Below are positions 1-11,533 of a stretch of DNA of 64,000 nt, piece by piece. The notes under the pieces are model-generated. The model was not told the DNA's origin. It made no database searches and saw only the letters and a list, made by a program, of their open reading frames with translations. Origin of the DNA: an uncultured delta proteobacterium. GTDB taxonomy: Bacteria > Desulfobacterota > Syntrophorhabdia > Syntrophorhabdales > WCHB1-27. Each line of letters opens with the position of its first letter. Position 1 is the first letter of the stretch. The translations under genes and the position numbers were made by a program. The stretch covers positions 16,827 to 80,826 of the forward strand of contig CAWEPK010000015.1 in assembly GCA_963810935.1 (NCBI GenBank), written 5' to 3'.

Positions 1-647
1 CCGATGGCGGGCGGTGCGCCCTGCGGCCCGTAAGCTAGCTGGGCAGGCACGAAGATCTGCCACTTGGAGCCGAGGGGCATGAGCTGGAGCGCCTCGGACC
101 ATCCCCTTATCACACCGTTGACCGGTACGGCGAGGGGTTGCCCCCTGCGGTACGAGCTGTCGAACTCGGTCCCGTCGATGAAGGTGCCCCTGTAATTGAC
201 GACCACCCTGTCCGTAGGCCGGGGCAAGCGCCCTGTGCCGGCCGTAAGCACCTTGTATTGCAGACCGTCGGAGAGCGTCCTGACGCCGGGGGCGTTCCTA
301 TTTTTGGCAAGGAATGCCTGCCCATCCTCCAGGTTCTTCTGGGCGTCCTCCTTCATCACCTCCGCGCTCTTCGCTGCCATCTGCTTTTGCGCATCGGCCG
401 ACAACTGCGCTATCTCCTGCTCGCTCAAAAGGAGCTTGTTCCCCCGGTATGCGTCCTTGAAGCCCTTTGCCACGTCATCGGGATTCAGGTTCATCTTAAA
501 CCTCTTCATGTCCCTGCCCATCTGCACGCCCACCGCGTAGCTCGTCTTCGCCTGGTCCGTCCCGAGCGCCTGGCCGCTCGCCCCAGGCGCCGTCCCCGCC
601 AGGAATACCGCTGCAGCAATTACGACCGCTCCGGTACGATATCGCAT
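1..647 (-). CDS. FKBP-type peptidyl-prolyl cis-trans isomerase (FkpA/Mip-like), runs off the window edge
   Basis: Own translation (not in ORF track): MRYRTGAVVIAAAVFLAG signal peptide, then SYAVGVQMG, GLQYKVL, VVVNYRGTFIDGTEFDSSY, VIRGWSEALQLM, LAYG. GGAGG RBS upstream. Confidence 0.93.
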   Translation of the reverse strand, partial: MRYRTGAVVIAAAVFLAGTAPGASGQALGTDQAKTSYAVGVQMGRDMKRFKMNLNPDDVAKGFKDAYRGNKLLLSEQEIAQLSADAQKQMAAKSAEVMKEDAQKNLEDGQAFLAKNRNAPGVRTLSDGLQYKVLTAGTGRLPRPTDRVVVNYRGTFIDGTEFDSSYRRGQPLAVPVNGVIRGWSEALQLMPLGSKWQIFVPAQLAYGPQGAPPAI

Positions 648-826
648 GAGAAACCTCCGGCTTTTTCTTTTAATTGTAGGCCGAAGGGGAGAAAAAGACA
701 AGGAACTCCAGCCGCTCGACGGTTTTGTCGAGCGTGCCTCCCCGTTACGACGGCTTTGGCGGCGGCAAGCGGTTCCGGCATTCGGCATTCCGTGTAAATA
801 CCGTACCTCTATAGATACCGCGCCCA

Positions 827-841
827 TGGCACGCTAGTTGC
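827..841 (+). promoter_or_regulatory. sigma54 -24/-12 promoter
   Basis: TGGCACGCTAGTTGC fits the TGGCAC-N5-TTGC consensus, ~75 nt upstream of the lipoprotein ATG. Confidence 0.75.
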
Positions 842-916
842 CATACAGTTTCTTTGTTCACACAGTCGCCGGCCTTCGGGGCCGGCAATGAGATTGCGAA
901 AGCAAGGAGGGACAAC

Positions 917-1066
917 ATGAGAAAGATTGTTTTGCTCGCGGTCCTGCTCGCCACTTTAGTCGGCTGCGCCGTCGTCCCCGTCGCCCCGGCGCCCCGCTAC
1001 GGCTACCCGGTTTACGCACGCCCGGCTTACGGGCCACCGGTCTACTACGGACCGTATTACAGGTAG
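917..1066 (+). CDS. small Pro/Tyr-rich lipoprotein (49 aa)
   Basis: AAGGAGG RBS. MRKIVLLAVLLATLVGC lipobox, then VVPVAPAPRYGYPVYARPAYGPPVYYGPYYR. Confidence 0.8.
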   Translation: MRKIVLLAVLLATLVGCAVVPVAPAPRYGYPVYARPAYGPPVYYGPYYR

Positions 1067-1242
1067 GGACCGAAGCCGGACGGGCTTTTCCGGGGACTGG
1101 CGAATCGGAAAAACGGTCCTATATTAAATTCTCAGGACCGGCCCTGATCTGCTTCCATCCTTCGAAAGTCCGCTCCGGCCGGCAACCTCGCCCCTTGTTA
1201 GGGGCAAAGGCGCGACCGGGTTGCCTTAATTCACAACGCACT

Positions 1243-1260
1243 TAAGGGGAAATCCCCTGA
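1243..1260. promoter_or_regulatory. palindromic operator candidate
   Basis: TAAGGGGAAATCCCCTGA inverted repeat just upstream of the DUF3943-like gene. Confidence 0.35.
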
Positions 1261-1292
1261 AACTGTCACCTGGAAGACGGTCAGGTCCGCTC

Positions 1293-2850
1293 ATGGCGCT
1301 CCTCGCCGTCTGCGTCATGCTCTATGCGTGCCCGGCCCGCGCCTTCGACGGCCGCTCCATGTCATTCTTTTCTCCTTTGCCACCCTCCAGCCTGCCCTCG
1401 CAGGCTGAGAATTACACGCTCCTTGCGCCTGCGCCTTCGGCCTCCCCGTACGTCTCCCTTATCGCCCGGACGTCCCCGGAGCAGCAGGACACGACAAAAA
1501 CGGGCAAAAAGGTCCTCTCGTGGGAGACCGGGGAGGGCAAAAGCTACCTCATCCCCGCGATAGAAATCCCGTCCTTCGTACTGGCCCTCACGCTCGCATC
1601 CAGGGTGATCCTGCCGAACGACCGGGAGAACGGGAAGTTGACGTATCAGTCCACCCCGTCCACCTTCTTCGACCACCTCTTTCACCCGCACTGGACGTTC
1701 GACCTCGACAACTGGAAAACGAGCCAGATAGATCATCCTTACAACGGTACGATCTACTATGGGTTCGCCCGCTCCGCGGGGAACGACTTCTGGACCTCGC
1801 TCGGCTATACGTTCATGGGCAGCTTCCTGTGGGAGACGGGCGGGGAGACCGACCCGTCCTCGATCAACGACCAGATAATAACTGGCATCATAGGCGCATT
1901 CTTCGGTGAATCGCTTTTCAGGATGGCGAGCCTCCTTTTGGAGGGCGGCGGCGAGACCCGGGCTTCTGGCGCGAGCTGGGGGCGACGCTTATCTCACCGT
2001 CGACAGGCTTCAACCGGTTCGTTTTCGGCGAGCGGTTCGAGCCGTCTTCCCGAGCCGCGACCCGGCCCTTTTCTGGCGGCTCGACGCAGGAGGGACGGTC
2101 CTGGAAAGCTCGTCCGGCCACGTGACGGGCGTTCCGGAGTTCTCAGCAGGCGCAGATTATTCCCTATTGTACGGGTTGCCGGGGAAACCGGGCTACGGCT
2201 ACGACCGGCCCTTCGATTATTTCGATTTCGAGATAGCTGCGGGCACCGGGCCGGATAACCTCCCCTCGAAAATAATAACGAAGGGCCTCCTGGTCGGCAC
2301 CGATTATGAGGCCGGGGAGAGCTACAGGGGCGTATGGGGCCTGTACGGGAGCTTCGATTATATCAATCCCAACGACTTCAGGGTCGGCACGGGGGCCGTG
2401 GACGTAGGGACCAACGGCCAGTGGCGGCTCTCTGAACGCACGGCGCTTCAACTATCCGCCCTCACAGGCATCGGCTACGGGGCCGCAGGTACTGTACCCG
2501 GCGCCAACCCGGACTACCACCATGGAGGGGCCGCCCAGGGCCTCCTCAACCTCCGGTTCATCCTCGGCGACCTAGCGACGATCGAAGCCGGGCAGCGCGA
2601 ATATTACATCGACCAGTTCGGCTCGTCGAAGCCGAAGGGCAACGAGCTGATGGGGCGCACCGAGGCGGGGATCACGGTGCGCATAGTGGGGAACCATGCC
2701 ATCTCCTTCCGCTTCCTTTCCGCACGACGCGACGAGTACCCGCCCGGCACTCACAACGTACAGACGATGAACGAAGTCACCCTGAGTTACACGTATCTCT
2801 CCGACGAGCGCTTCGGGGCCGTGGAATGGCGCAACGGGGAAGGGCGATAA
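1293..2850 (+). CDS. DUF3943-type exported/outer-membrane protein (frameshifts near 1958 and 2040)
   Basis: Signal peptide; QIDHPYNGTIYYGFARSAG..FW and WETGGET..PSSINDQ motifs. Bridging frame reads PGFWRELGATLISPSTGFNRFVFGERF, then a beta-rich C-terminus. Confidence 0.7.
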
Positions 2851-3171
2851 GCGACGTCGCCCTTGTCACCGTGCGGTTTGACGGCCCGATATACCCGCCG
2901 CATGTACCCCTCGAAAGAGGACTCAAAAGTGGCAACGAACGGGGTCACTAAAAACAGGGGCTTCAACACTAAAGATATCTTTATTCCCTTATAGCGCTTC
3001 GTTAAATTCTTATATCACAAAGGTTTACCATCCGGGGGCGCGGCTGGCTGCGGCCTGCGAAAAGTGGGTCGCCTTTTAGGCGCACACAGGCCATTTAGCC
3101 ACGGCGCGCGCAGGATGCGTCCGTCGCTGCAAACAATCCGGCCACGCAAAGGCAGGAGGAGGAAGTCTTAA

Positions 3172-6100
3172 ATGATTCGAGCGGTAGTCGATTTCGCCCT
3201 AAGCCACAGATGGCTCATGCTCGCTTTCGGCGTTTTCCTGTTCGGTATAGGGGTTGTCCAGTTCCAGCACTTATCCATCGAGGCATATCCGGACGTGGCC
3301 AACAACTATGCCTGGATCATCACGCAGTGGCCCGGCAGGGCCGCCGAGGAGGTGGAACAGCAGGTAACCATCCCCATTGAGAACACCATGAACGGCATAC
3401 CCTACCGCACGTACCTCAGGTCGGTCTCTATTGCCGGGCTGTCCGTCGTCATCATAACGTTCGAGGACAACTCGGACAATTTCCAGAACCGGCAGAGGGT
3501 GCTCGAGCGCATCTCCATGGTGACGCTGCCTTCCAACCTCCAGCCGGCCATCGGCCCGGACTTCAGGCCCGTCGGGCAAATCTATTTCTTCACGCTGCGG
3601 AGCACCAACCCCGCATACGACGCCATGGAGCTGAAGACCCTGATGGACTGGACCCTCGTCAAGCAATTCAAGTCGGTGCCGAACGTCGTTGACGTCGCGC
3701 CCTTCGGCGCGCCGACGCGCGAGTACCAGGTGCGGGTGGACCCCGATAAGCTCGTCTCCTACGGGCTCTCCATCGGCCAGGTGGAGCAGCAGCTCACGAA
3801 CAACAACGTGAACGCGGGGGGCAGCTTCATAGAGGCGGGCATGCAGCAGATCAACGTGCGGGTCGTCGGCCTCGTGCACAACATACAGGACATCGAGGAT
3901 ACGGTCATCACGGCGAAAAACGGCACCCCGGTGCGCGTCAAGGACATCGCCGTAGTGGCGCAGGGCCCCAAGATCAGGCTGGGCCAGTTCGGCAGGGCGA
4001 TCCACCGGGCGGACGGCAAGATCATCGACAACGACGACGTCGCCTCCAGCATCGTGCTCATGCGTAAAGGGGCGCCTTTCGACGAGACTATCGTCGGTGT
4101 CGAGAAAAAGGTCAAGGAGCTGAACAACGGGATACTGCCGCCTGGCGTGAAGGTCGTCCCCTTCAACGACCGTGGAGACCTCGTCCATTACACGACCCAC
4201 ACGGTGCTCCACAACCTGACGGAAGGCTTCATCCTCGTCACGATCGTCCTCCTCCTCTTTTTGGGGAGCGTCAGGGGCGCTATCGTCGTCGCTTTGACCA
4301 TCCCCTTCGCCCTCTTCTTCGCTGCGAGTCTGCCTGCACTTAAGGGGGATACCGGCGAACCTCCTTTCCCTTGGCGCCCTCGATTTCGGGATGGTCGTGG
4401 ACGGGGCCATCGTGATGGTGGAGAACATCATCCGCCATATCGGCCACAAGGATCCCCGGCGTGCCGCTTTCGGGCAGGATCAGGGCCGCGGCGCATGAGG
4501 TGCAGAGGCCCGTCTTTTACGCGATCCTCATCATCATCACCGCCTATCTACCCATCTATACGTTACAGAGCGTCGAGGGGCGCCTCTTCAGGCCGATGGC
4601 CCTGACCGTCGGCTTTGCACTTCTGGGCGCGATGATATTCTCCGTAACACTCGCCCCGATACTCTTGAGCTTCCTCTTCCGCAAAGAGACGGCGGAGTGG
4701 AAAAACCCTGTAGTTTCCCGCCTCACGAAGCTCTACCGGTCGTCCCTCACGTGGTCGATACATCACCGCAAGGTAATGATCGGCGTTGCAGTGCTCACCC
4801 TTTGCGGCACCGTATACCTGGTCGAGAGCGGGGTCATCGGCTCGGAGTTCCTCCCCCACCTGGACGAGGGCGCGATCTGGGTCAGGGGCACGCTTGCCCC
4901 GAGCACCGGCCCCACCGAATCGATCCAGGTGGCGAACCGGACCAGGGTCATCCTCGCCTCTTTCCCTGAGGCAACACAGGTAACCAGCCAGGCCGGACGG
5001 GACGATTCGGGGCAGGACTTTACGGGATTCTTCAACACGGAGTATTGCGTCAACCTGAAGCCCAAGAAAGAATGGCGCTCTGTCTTCCACCAGGATAAAG
5101 ACAAACTGATCTCCGCGATGAACCGGGAGCTTCAAAAAACTCCCGGCGTAATATGGAACTTCTCCCAACCCATCCAGGACAACATGGAAGAGGCGATGAG
5201 CGGCATCAAGGGGCAACTTGCAACGAAGATTTACGGCGACGACCTGCGGGTGCTGGAGGCCAAGGGGCAGGAGATCATAAATATCATGCGCAACATCAAG
5301 GGGATAAAAGACCTCGGCCTTTTCCGCGTTGTCGGCCAGCCCAACCTCAATTTCGTAGTGGACAGGGCGCAGGCCGCCCGTTATCCAGATCAACGTCGCC
5401 GACATACAGGACGCCGTCCAGACGGCCGTCGGGGGGAACGCACTTACCCAGGTACTCCAGGGCGAGCAGCGGTACGACCTCGTCATGCGCTATCTTCCCT
5501 CCTACCGCGACACGAGGGAGGCGCTGGAGAAGATCCGGCTCCTCAGCCCTTCCGGTGAAAGGGTCTCCCTGGCACAACTTTGCAGGGTGGAGATGCGGGA
5601 CGGCGCGAACCAGATCTATCGTGAAAGGAACAGGCGCTATATCGCTATCAAATACAGCGTAAGGGGCCGCGACCTCGGCAGCACGATCGAAGAGGCTATA
5701 GAGAAGGTGAAGACAGGTGAAGCTGCCGCAAGGTTATTCCATCAACTGGATGGGTGAATACGAGAGCCTGAAGCGGGCCGAAGCACGGCTTCTTATCATC
5801 GTGCCCGTCACGGTATTCTTTATATTCATGATTATATACGGCGCCTTCGGCTCTGCCAAATGGGCCTGCCTCCATATGGTCAACGTAGCGGTTGCGCGCA
5901 TAGGGGGCCTCCTCGCCCTCCTCGTGACAGGTACCTTTTTCAGCGTCTCCTCAGGGGTGGGGTTCATGGCTCTCTTCGGATGCTCGGTGCAGACGGGCGT
6001 CGTGATGGTGGAGTATATCAATCAGCTCCGGGCAAGGGGATACCCTGTTGTCGAGGCTGCGATAGAGGGGGCGACGCGCCGCCTGAGGCCCATCATGATG

Positions 6101-6347
6101 ACGATGCTCGTTGCGACTCTCGGGCCTTTTGCCTGCGGCCATGTCCCACGCCATAGGGTCCGACTCGCAGCGGCCTTTCGCCATAGTCATCGTTGGGGGG
6201 CTGATCGCCGACCTTTTCATGAGCATCTACCTGTTGCCTACCTTCTACGTATGGTGGGCGCGGCCCACCGATCACCTGCCCAAACCGGACGAAGCAAAGG
6301 ACATAGATGCTGAAGACGAGCGGCGGGAGGGGATAAACGGCGATTAA
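3172..6347 (+). CDS. CusA/CzcA-family heavy-metal efflux RND permease (several frameshifts, ~4330-4460, 5385, 5715, 6125)
   Basis: IEAYPDV, AEEVEQQVTIPIE, ANLLSLGALDFGMVVDGAIVMVEN, EGRLFRPMA, GSEFLPHLDEG, RLRPIMMT and GSDSQRPFAIVIVGG spread over consecutive frames. Confidence 0.9.
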
Positions 6348-6499
6348 CTAAGTTGTTGTTTTCTCACGGAAGGCCGTGAAAAGCGAACGGCTTGAGGCTC
6401 GGGAGAGGCACCGTGGTTCGTGGTATACTAGATAAAGAAAGCCAGCAGGACGGGCAGAAGGCAGGAGGTAAACGCCGCGCCGGCCCGTCGGGAGCAGTT

Positions 6500-7900
6500 A
6501 TGAACCTGTTTCTGCGCCTGTCGCAGGGAAGCCGTTGGACAATACTTGCAACCGCCGCGGTGCTCGTCGGCGTCGTCGTTCTCGTCGACTGGAAAAACCC
6601 CGTCAACGCATATTTCGGCTTCCTTTACGTATTCCCCATGCTCCTGGTCGGGGCAGTCCTTTCGAGCTGGCAAATAGCCTTGATCGCCTTAGGCTGCACC
6701 CTCCTGGCCGAGACCTTCGACCCGTTCCCCTTCGTGCCCGCAGAGGCCGGACCGCAGGACATCCTCCTCTTCATCGCCCTTGCGGGGATTGGCCTGTTCT
6801 CCCGCGAGGCGACCGTCAACCGCAAGCTGGAGGTCGAGAACCGCCTGAAAGTCGAAAAGGAAGCGGCCACGCGGCGCGAGGCGGAGGAGCAGCTCGCATT
6901 TATCATACAGACGAGCCCGCTGGCCATTATCGTAACGGGCGGGAGCGGAGAGATCCTCCTGGCTAACGGGGCGGCAGGCTACCTCTTCCGCGCTCCGGAG
7001 ACCGAGCTTTTCGGGCGGAACATTTCTCGCTACATTCCGGCCCTCGGCCTTGTCCCTTCCGCGGAGCATGCGGGCAAGACTTTCCGCACGGAGATGCAAT
7101 GTCCCGGAAAACGGGGCAACGGCGAGATATTCATGGCCTCCGTCTTCTTTTCCACGTATAAGACCGCCCTCGGCCCGCGCCTGGCCGCCCTCGTGGTAGA
7201 CACCTCGGAGGACCTGCGGGGGCGCGCGGAGTACGGCCTGGAGCAGCTCATGACCGGCTCGCGCATACTCGTCGGCGCCGTCTTCCACGAGGTGAGGAAT
7301 GTGTGCAGCGCCATCGCCGTCATGTACGAGAACCTCGAGCGGGGCGGCATTTTCAAGGGAAGCGCGGATTTCGAAGCGTTGGGCTCGCTGGTTGAAGCAC
7401 TCAACAGGATCGCCTCAACGGAGCTGCGAAAGAGCACAAGCGGGGCGGCGGCAGAGACGGTTGATCTGGCCTCTTTTATCGACGAGGCGCGCATCGTTCT
7501 CGGGCCTTACTGCGCGGAGTCCGATACAGCCATCGATTGGGAGGCACCCGACGCACTGCCTGCGGTCTGGGCCGACAGCCACAGCCTCCTTAACGTGCTC
7601 CTTAATCTTGCGAAAAATAGCTGCCGCGCCCTCGAAGGGTCGGACCTCAGGAAGATAAAAGTCTCGGTGACGCCGCGACGTGAAAAGGTGTCGATCAGGT
7701 TTTGTGACTCGGGGCCGGGCATAGCCTCGCCTGAAAAACTCTTCCAGCCACTCCAGCAGGGTGCAGATGCGACGGGGCTGGGGCTGTTCCTCTCGCGCGC
7801 TTTCGTGAGGTCTTTCGGGGGCGACCTCAGGTACGAGCCGGGCTGGGGCGGGTGCTGCTTCGTCATCGACCTTGCCATAGCGGGCGACGCAGAAGTCTGA
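6500..7900 (+). CDS. membrane sensor histidine kinase (TM + PAS + HisKA/HATPase)
   Basis: N-terminal TM helices, PAS-like segment, H-box FHEVRN, N-box LLNLAKNS, DSGPGI, TGLGLFLSR. Confidence 0.88.
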   Translation: MNLFLRLSQGSRWTILATAAVLVGVVVLVDWKNPVNAYFGFLYVFPMLLVGAVLSSWQIALIALGCTLLAETFDPFPFVPAEAGPQDILLFIALAGIGLFSREATVNRKLEVENRLKVEKEAATRREAEEQLAFIIQTSPLAIIVTGGSGEILLANGAAGYLFRAPETELFGRNISRYIPALGLVPSAEHAGKTFRTEMQCPGKRGNGEIFMASVFFSTYKTALGPRLAALVVDTSEDLRGRAEYGLEQLMTGSRILVGAVFHEVRNVCSAIAVMYENLERGGIFKGSADFEALGSLVEALNRIASTELRKSTSGAAAETVDLASFIDEARIVLGPYCAESDTAIDWEAPDALPAVWADSHSLLNVLLNLAKNSCRALEGSDLRKIKVSVTPRREKVSIRFCDSGPGIASPEKLFQPLQQGADATGLGLFLSRAFVRSFGGDLRYEPGWGGCCFVIDLAIAGDAEV

Positions 7901-7915
7901 CAAAGGGGAAAAGAG

Positions 7916-8566
7916 ATGGATCGCATACGACTGCTGCTCGTTGACGACCACCCGCTCTTTCGGGAGGGCCTCAACCGCCTCCTCACCTCGGAGCCCGGCC
8001 TGGAAGTCGTCGCAGCGTGCGGGACCGCCTCCGAGGGATTGGAAGCCCTGAAATCCTTGGATGCAGATATAATCCTGCTAGATTTCGACCTCGGGACGGA
8101 GCACGGCAACCAGTTCATATCGTCTGCCCGCGAGTCGGGATACACAGGTAAGATACTTATGGTGACCGCGGGCATGAACGCCATACAATCATCTACCGCT
8201 CTCAAGCTGGGCGCATCGGGCATCATCCTCAAGACCAGCTCTCCGGGGACCCTTGCGAACGCCATCAGGCTCGTTGCGGCCGGGGAGATATGGATCGACC
8301 AGAAGGTCGTCCAGGAGATGGCGGACCGCGCTCTTGCGGGCGGACAGCAGGTATTGCCGCGGACCCTTACCGAACGGGAGGGCCAGGTGCTCCAGGGGGT
8401 GTTCGAGGGGCTGACTAACAAGGAAATAGGTGTTAAGATTGGTGTATCGGAGGATTCAGTAAAGACGACGCTCAAATACCTGTTCCACAAAACGGGAGCA
8501 AAGACGCGCGGGCAACTGGTATGGATCGCGCTTCAAGGCTCGCTTCAAAAAGACAAACCTGCATAA
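7916..8566 (+). CDS. NarL/LuxR-family response regulator
   Basis: LLVDDHPLFREGL receiver; LTEREGQVL..GLTNKEIG HTH. Confidence 0.92.
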   Translation: MDRIRLLLVDDHPLFREGLNRLLTSEPGLEVVAACGTASEGLEALKSLDADIILLDFDLGTEHGNQFISSARESGYTGKILMVTAGMNAIQSSTALKLGASGIILKTSSPGTLANAIRLVAAGEIWIDQKVVQEMADRALAGGQQVLPRTLTEREGQVLQGVFEGLTNKEIGVKIGVSEDSVKTTLKYLFHKTGAKTRGQLVWIALQGSLQKDKPA

Positions 8567-8597
8567 GGCGCATATCAACGGGAGGAGTTAAGACAGA

Positions 8598-9143
8598 ATG
8601 AAAAGAAACGCGATGCTGCGGAGTTTCATAGCGATGCTGGCCCTTGCGGCCCTGACGGCCTCGGGCTGCTCGGTCTTCGGCCTTTTTTCGAAAGACCATG
8701 ATTATACGGTCAAAGAAAGCTGGGAGATAAAGGCGCCGGCGCCCGGCCTTGTAGACGCCATAGCGGAGACGGCGAAATCGATGGATTTCGATGTCGAGAA
8801 CGCGGAGACGGGCAACCCCGCGCCCGGCCTGGTGCCCGGTCAGACAGCGCGGCCGCCCCTTGCGGGCGTCAGCGATTCCAGGTTCAAGGCCGTAGTGCTC
8901 TCCCGCAACGAGCTTACCGGCTTCAAGGCAGCTTTCGTGGGCAGCCGCAGCGCCTCCGGCCTCACCTTCTACGCCTGGCAGGACGGCAGATATATCGAGG
9001 TCTACGCGATGGTCGAGGGCAACCTGGGGTCCGGCAAGCAAAAGGCCGCGATGGACCTGCTGTCCGATTTCAGGAAAAAGCTCTCTGAAAAAGTCGGCGA
9101 GATCGTTGTGATAAAGGCAGGCATAAGCCCGGTCCCAGCCTGA
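8598..9143 (+). CDS. hypothetical lipoprotein
   Basis: GGAGGAG RBS; lipobox LTASGC. Confidence 0.7.
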   Translation: MKRNAMLRSFIAMLALAALTASGCSVFGLFSKDHDYTVKESWEIKAPAPGLVDAIAETAKSMDFDVENAETGNPAPGLVPGQTARPPLAGVSDSRFKAVVLSRNELTGFKAAFVGSRSASGLTFYAWQDGRYIEVYAMVEGNLGSGKQKAAMDLLSDFRKKLSEKVGEIVVIKAGISPVPA

Positions 9144-9171
9144 TAAGGCCCACCGGGGCGAAAGCAGTGCA

Positions 9172-9864
9172 TTAATCGCCGTTCGCCATCCTGTATCCCA
9201 CCCCCGACTCCGTTATGATATGGGTTGGATGATTGGGGTCGGATTCGATCTTGTGCCTCAACTGGGCGATGTAGACCCTTATATAATGGGAGTCCTCCTG
9301 GTGGTTGGGTCCGCGCACGGCGCGCAGTAACTGGCCGTGGGTCACCACTTTCCCCATGTGGAGCGCCAGGTGCCTGAGGATCTCGTACTCGGTGACCGAC
9401 AGCCTCACTTTCTGCCCCCGCACGATTATCAGGTGGCGCCCCAGGTCCACCGTCATGTCCCCGTGAACGATCACGCCTTCGTCCTCTTCCCTCGAGGCGC
9501 GGCGCAGGGCTACCCGCACGCGCGCAAGAAGCTCCCCCATGGCGAAGGGCTTGGTAACGTAGTCGTCCGCGCCTGCGTTCAATGCCTCTATCTTATCTTC
9601 TTCTCCCTCTCTCACCGACAGGATAATGATCGGCGTCTGCGTGAATTCACGGACCCGCCTGATGACCTCTATGCCGTCGATGTCGGGCAGTCCAAGGTCG
9701 AGGATGACGAGGTCCGGCTGGTGGAGGGCCGTCCGGCTCACGGCTTCTCCGCCCGATTCGGCCTCCACCACCTCATTGCCCCGGCTCGCCAGCGACGCAG
9801 CCAGGATGCGGCGTATCTGCTTCTCGTCGTCCACTACCAGTATGCGGGCGGCGCTAGTTTCCAC
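9172..9864 (-). CDS. kdpE: KDP operon response regulator KdpE
   Basis: ILVVDDE, DLVILDLGLPDIDG, GADDYVTKPF, OmpR-type wHTH; last gene of the kdp operon; GTG start. Confidence 0.9.
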   Translation of the reverse strand: METSAARILVVDDEKQIRRILAASLASRGNEVVEAESGGEAVSRTALHQPDLVILDLGLPDIDGIEVIRRVREFTQTPIIILSVREGEEDKIEALNAGADDYVTKPFAMGELLARVRVALRRASREEDEGVIVHGDMTVDLGRHLIIVRGQKVRLSVTEYEILRHLALHMGKVVTHGQLLRAVRGPNHQEDSHYIRVYIAQLRHKIESDPNHPTHIITESGVGYRMANGD

Positions 9865-11453
9865 GGCCCCCTCCTTCCTCTTCTCGGCACTTCCCTTCAC
9901 GCCCCGGCAACGGCAGCGAGAAGGTGAACCTGTTGCCCGGCCCCGGCGAGCGGTCGAGCCATATCATGCCGCCGTGGCCCTCGACGATACCGCGGCAGAT
10001 GGAGAGTCCGAGCCCCGTGCCGTCCATGCTCTTCGCGTATTCCAGGCGATAGAACTTGTCGAAGACGTGCTCCCGCTCGCCCTCGGGGATCGGCTGCCCC
10101 ATGTCGGATACGGTCACGAGGAGCGCACGTTCGACCTGCCGCACTTCTATTCCGATCTCGCTTCCCGGCGGGGAGTATTTAACCGAGTTCTCCAGGAGGT
10201 TTATCATCACGTGCTCGATGAGGCCGAAATCTACCTCGACGAGGGGAAGGCCCGGCGGAATATCCGTGGCTACCGCGTGCTCCCGCAGGGATTCCGCCAT
10301 CTCCTTGAGGGAGACGCCGATGATGTCCTGGACGTCGTGCCATTCCTTCCTGAGCCTTAAGGTGTCACTTTCGAGGCGGGCCATGTCGAGGAGGTTTGCG
10401 ACAAAGCGGTTCAACCGCAGGGCGCCGTCCCTTATCATCTCAAGGAACGACTTCGTCGTCTGCACGTCGTATGCGCTTTCTTCATCGAGAAGCCCGGTCA
10501 CGGCCCCCATGACCGAGGCGATGGGCGTCCGCAGGTCGTGGGAGATCGAGTTGAGCAGTGCCCGGTGAAGCTTTTCCGACTCGGCCAGCCATTGCGCCCG
10601 CTCGGCCTCCTGCGACAGCCTTATGCGCATTATGGCTACAGCGGCCAGGTTTGCGAAGGCCTCTATCAGACGGGCCTGCTCGGGAGGAAGGGCCTCCGTT
10701 TTTACGTCCAGGTCTATGGCCAGGGCGGCCACAGTTTTGCCGTCCGCCTTTGCGGGGAAAATCAGACTCGCTCGCGTCCCGTAAGGTGTCCGTTCCCCTG
10801 CCCGCCGGTCTGCCCCACCCGAGGACCCATTGGATGACTGCATGCTCTTTTTCATCAAGCCCGGCATTGCGGGCCGGATAGGAAGCGACTTCGCGCAGGC
10901 CCCGCCCGTCTTTCTCCGGCATGATAATCGACACCTTGCCGGCTGTGCTTTCCGCCGCCGTCCTTGCGAAAGAGCCGGCGAGCTTATCCAGGTCTGCCTC
11001 CGACGCCATCTGCCGGCTGAGACTGTAAAGGGCAAGGTTTCTTTTCTCCCTCTGCCTCGTTTTTTCCGCTTCGCTGCGGGCCTTCGTCGCCATGCTCCCC
11101 GTGACTATCCCGACCAGCAGGAAGATCGCGAGGGCGGCCAGGTCCTTGTGGTTGGCTACGGCGAAGCTGTAAAGAGGAGGCACGAAGAAAAAGTCCAGGG
11201 CCAGCACCCCAAGGAAAGAAGCGAAGAGCGAAGGCCCCCGTCCCCAGCGCAGGGCGCTGGCAAGGACGGGCAGCAGGTACAGGAGGGTAAGCGTCGCTAT
11301 ATCGAAATACCCTATGATTATCTCGCCTATCAGCGTGGCGAGAGCGACACAGACGGATGCGCCGATATAGGCTGCGGCCGGGACGGTGCGCGAGAGAGAC
11401 GGACCGGCAGGGACCGTCTGACCGATTGATGTCTCCGACGCAGTCGCATTCAT
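9854..11453 (-). CDS. kdpD: KdpD-like sensor kinase lacking the N-terminal KdpD/USP domains (frameshift ~10770)
   Basis: DFFFVPPLYSF TM region, GAF, LLNSISHDLRTP H-box, NLLENSVKYS, GTGLGLSIC. Confidence 0.85.
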
Positions 11454-11533
11454 GGCCGTCTCCTCATACCTGCCGCAGCGGGATGATAAGGGGGGCCGGG
11501 CGGGAGACCCGGCCCCCGGGTTGAGAGGAGAAA

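Noticed and set aside
3172..6347. Programmed frameshifting or true pseudogene status for cusA and others
   Set aside because: Shifts occur throughout unrelated genes and lack consistent slippery signals; sequencing error is more parsimonious.
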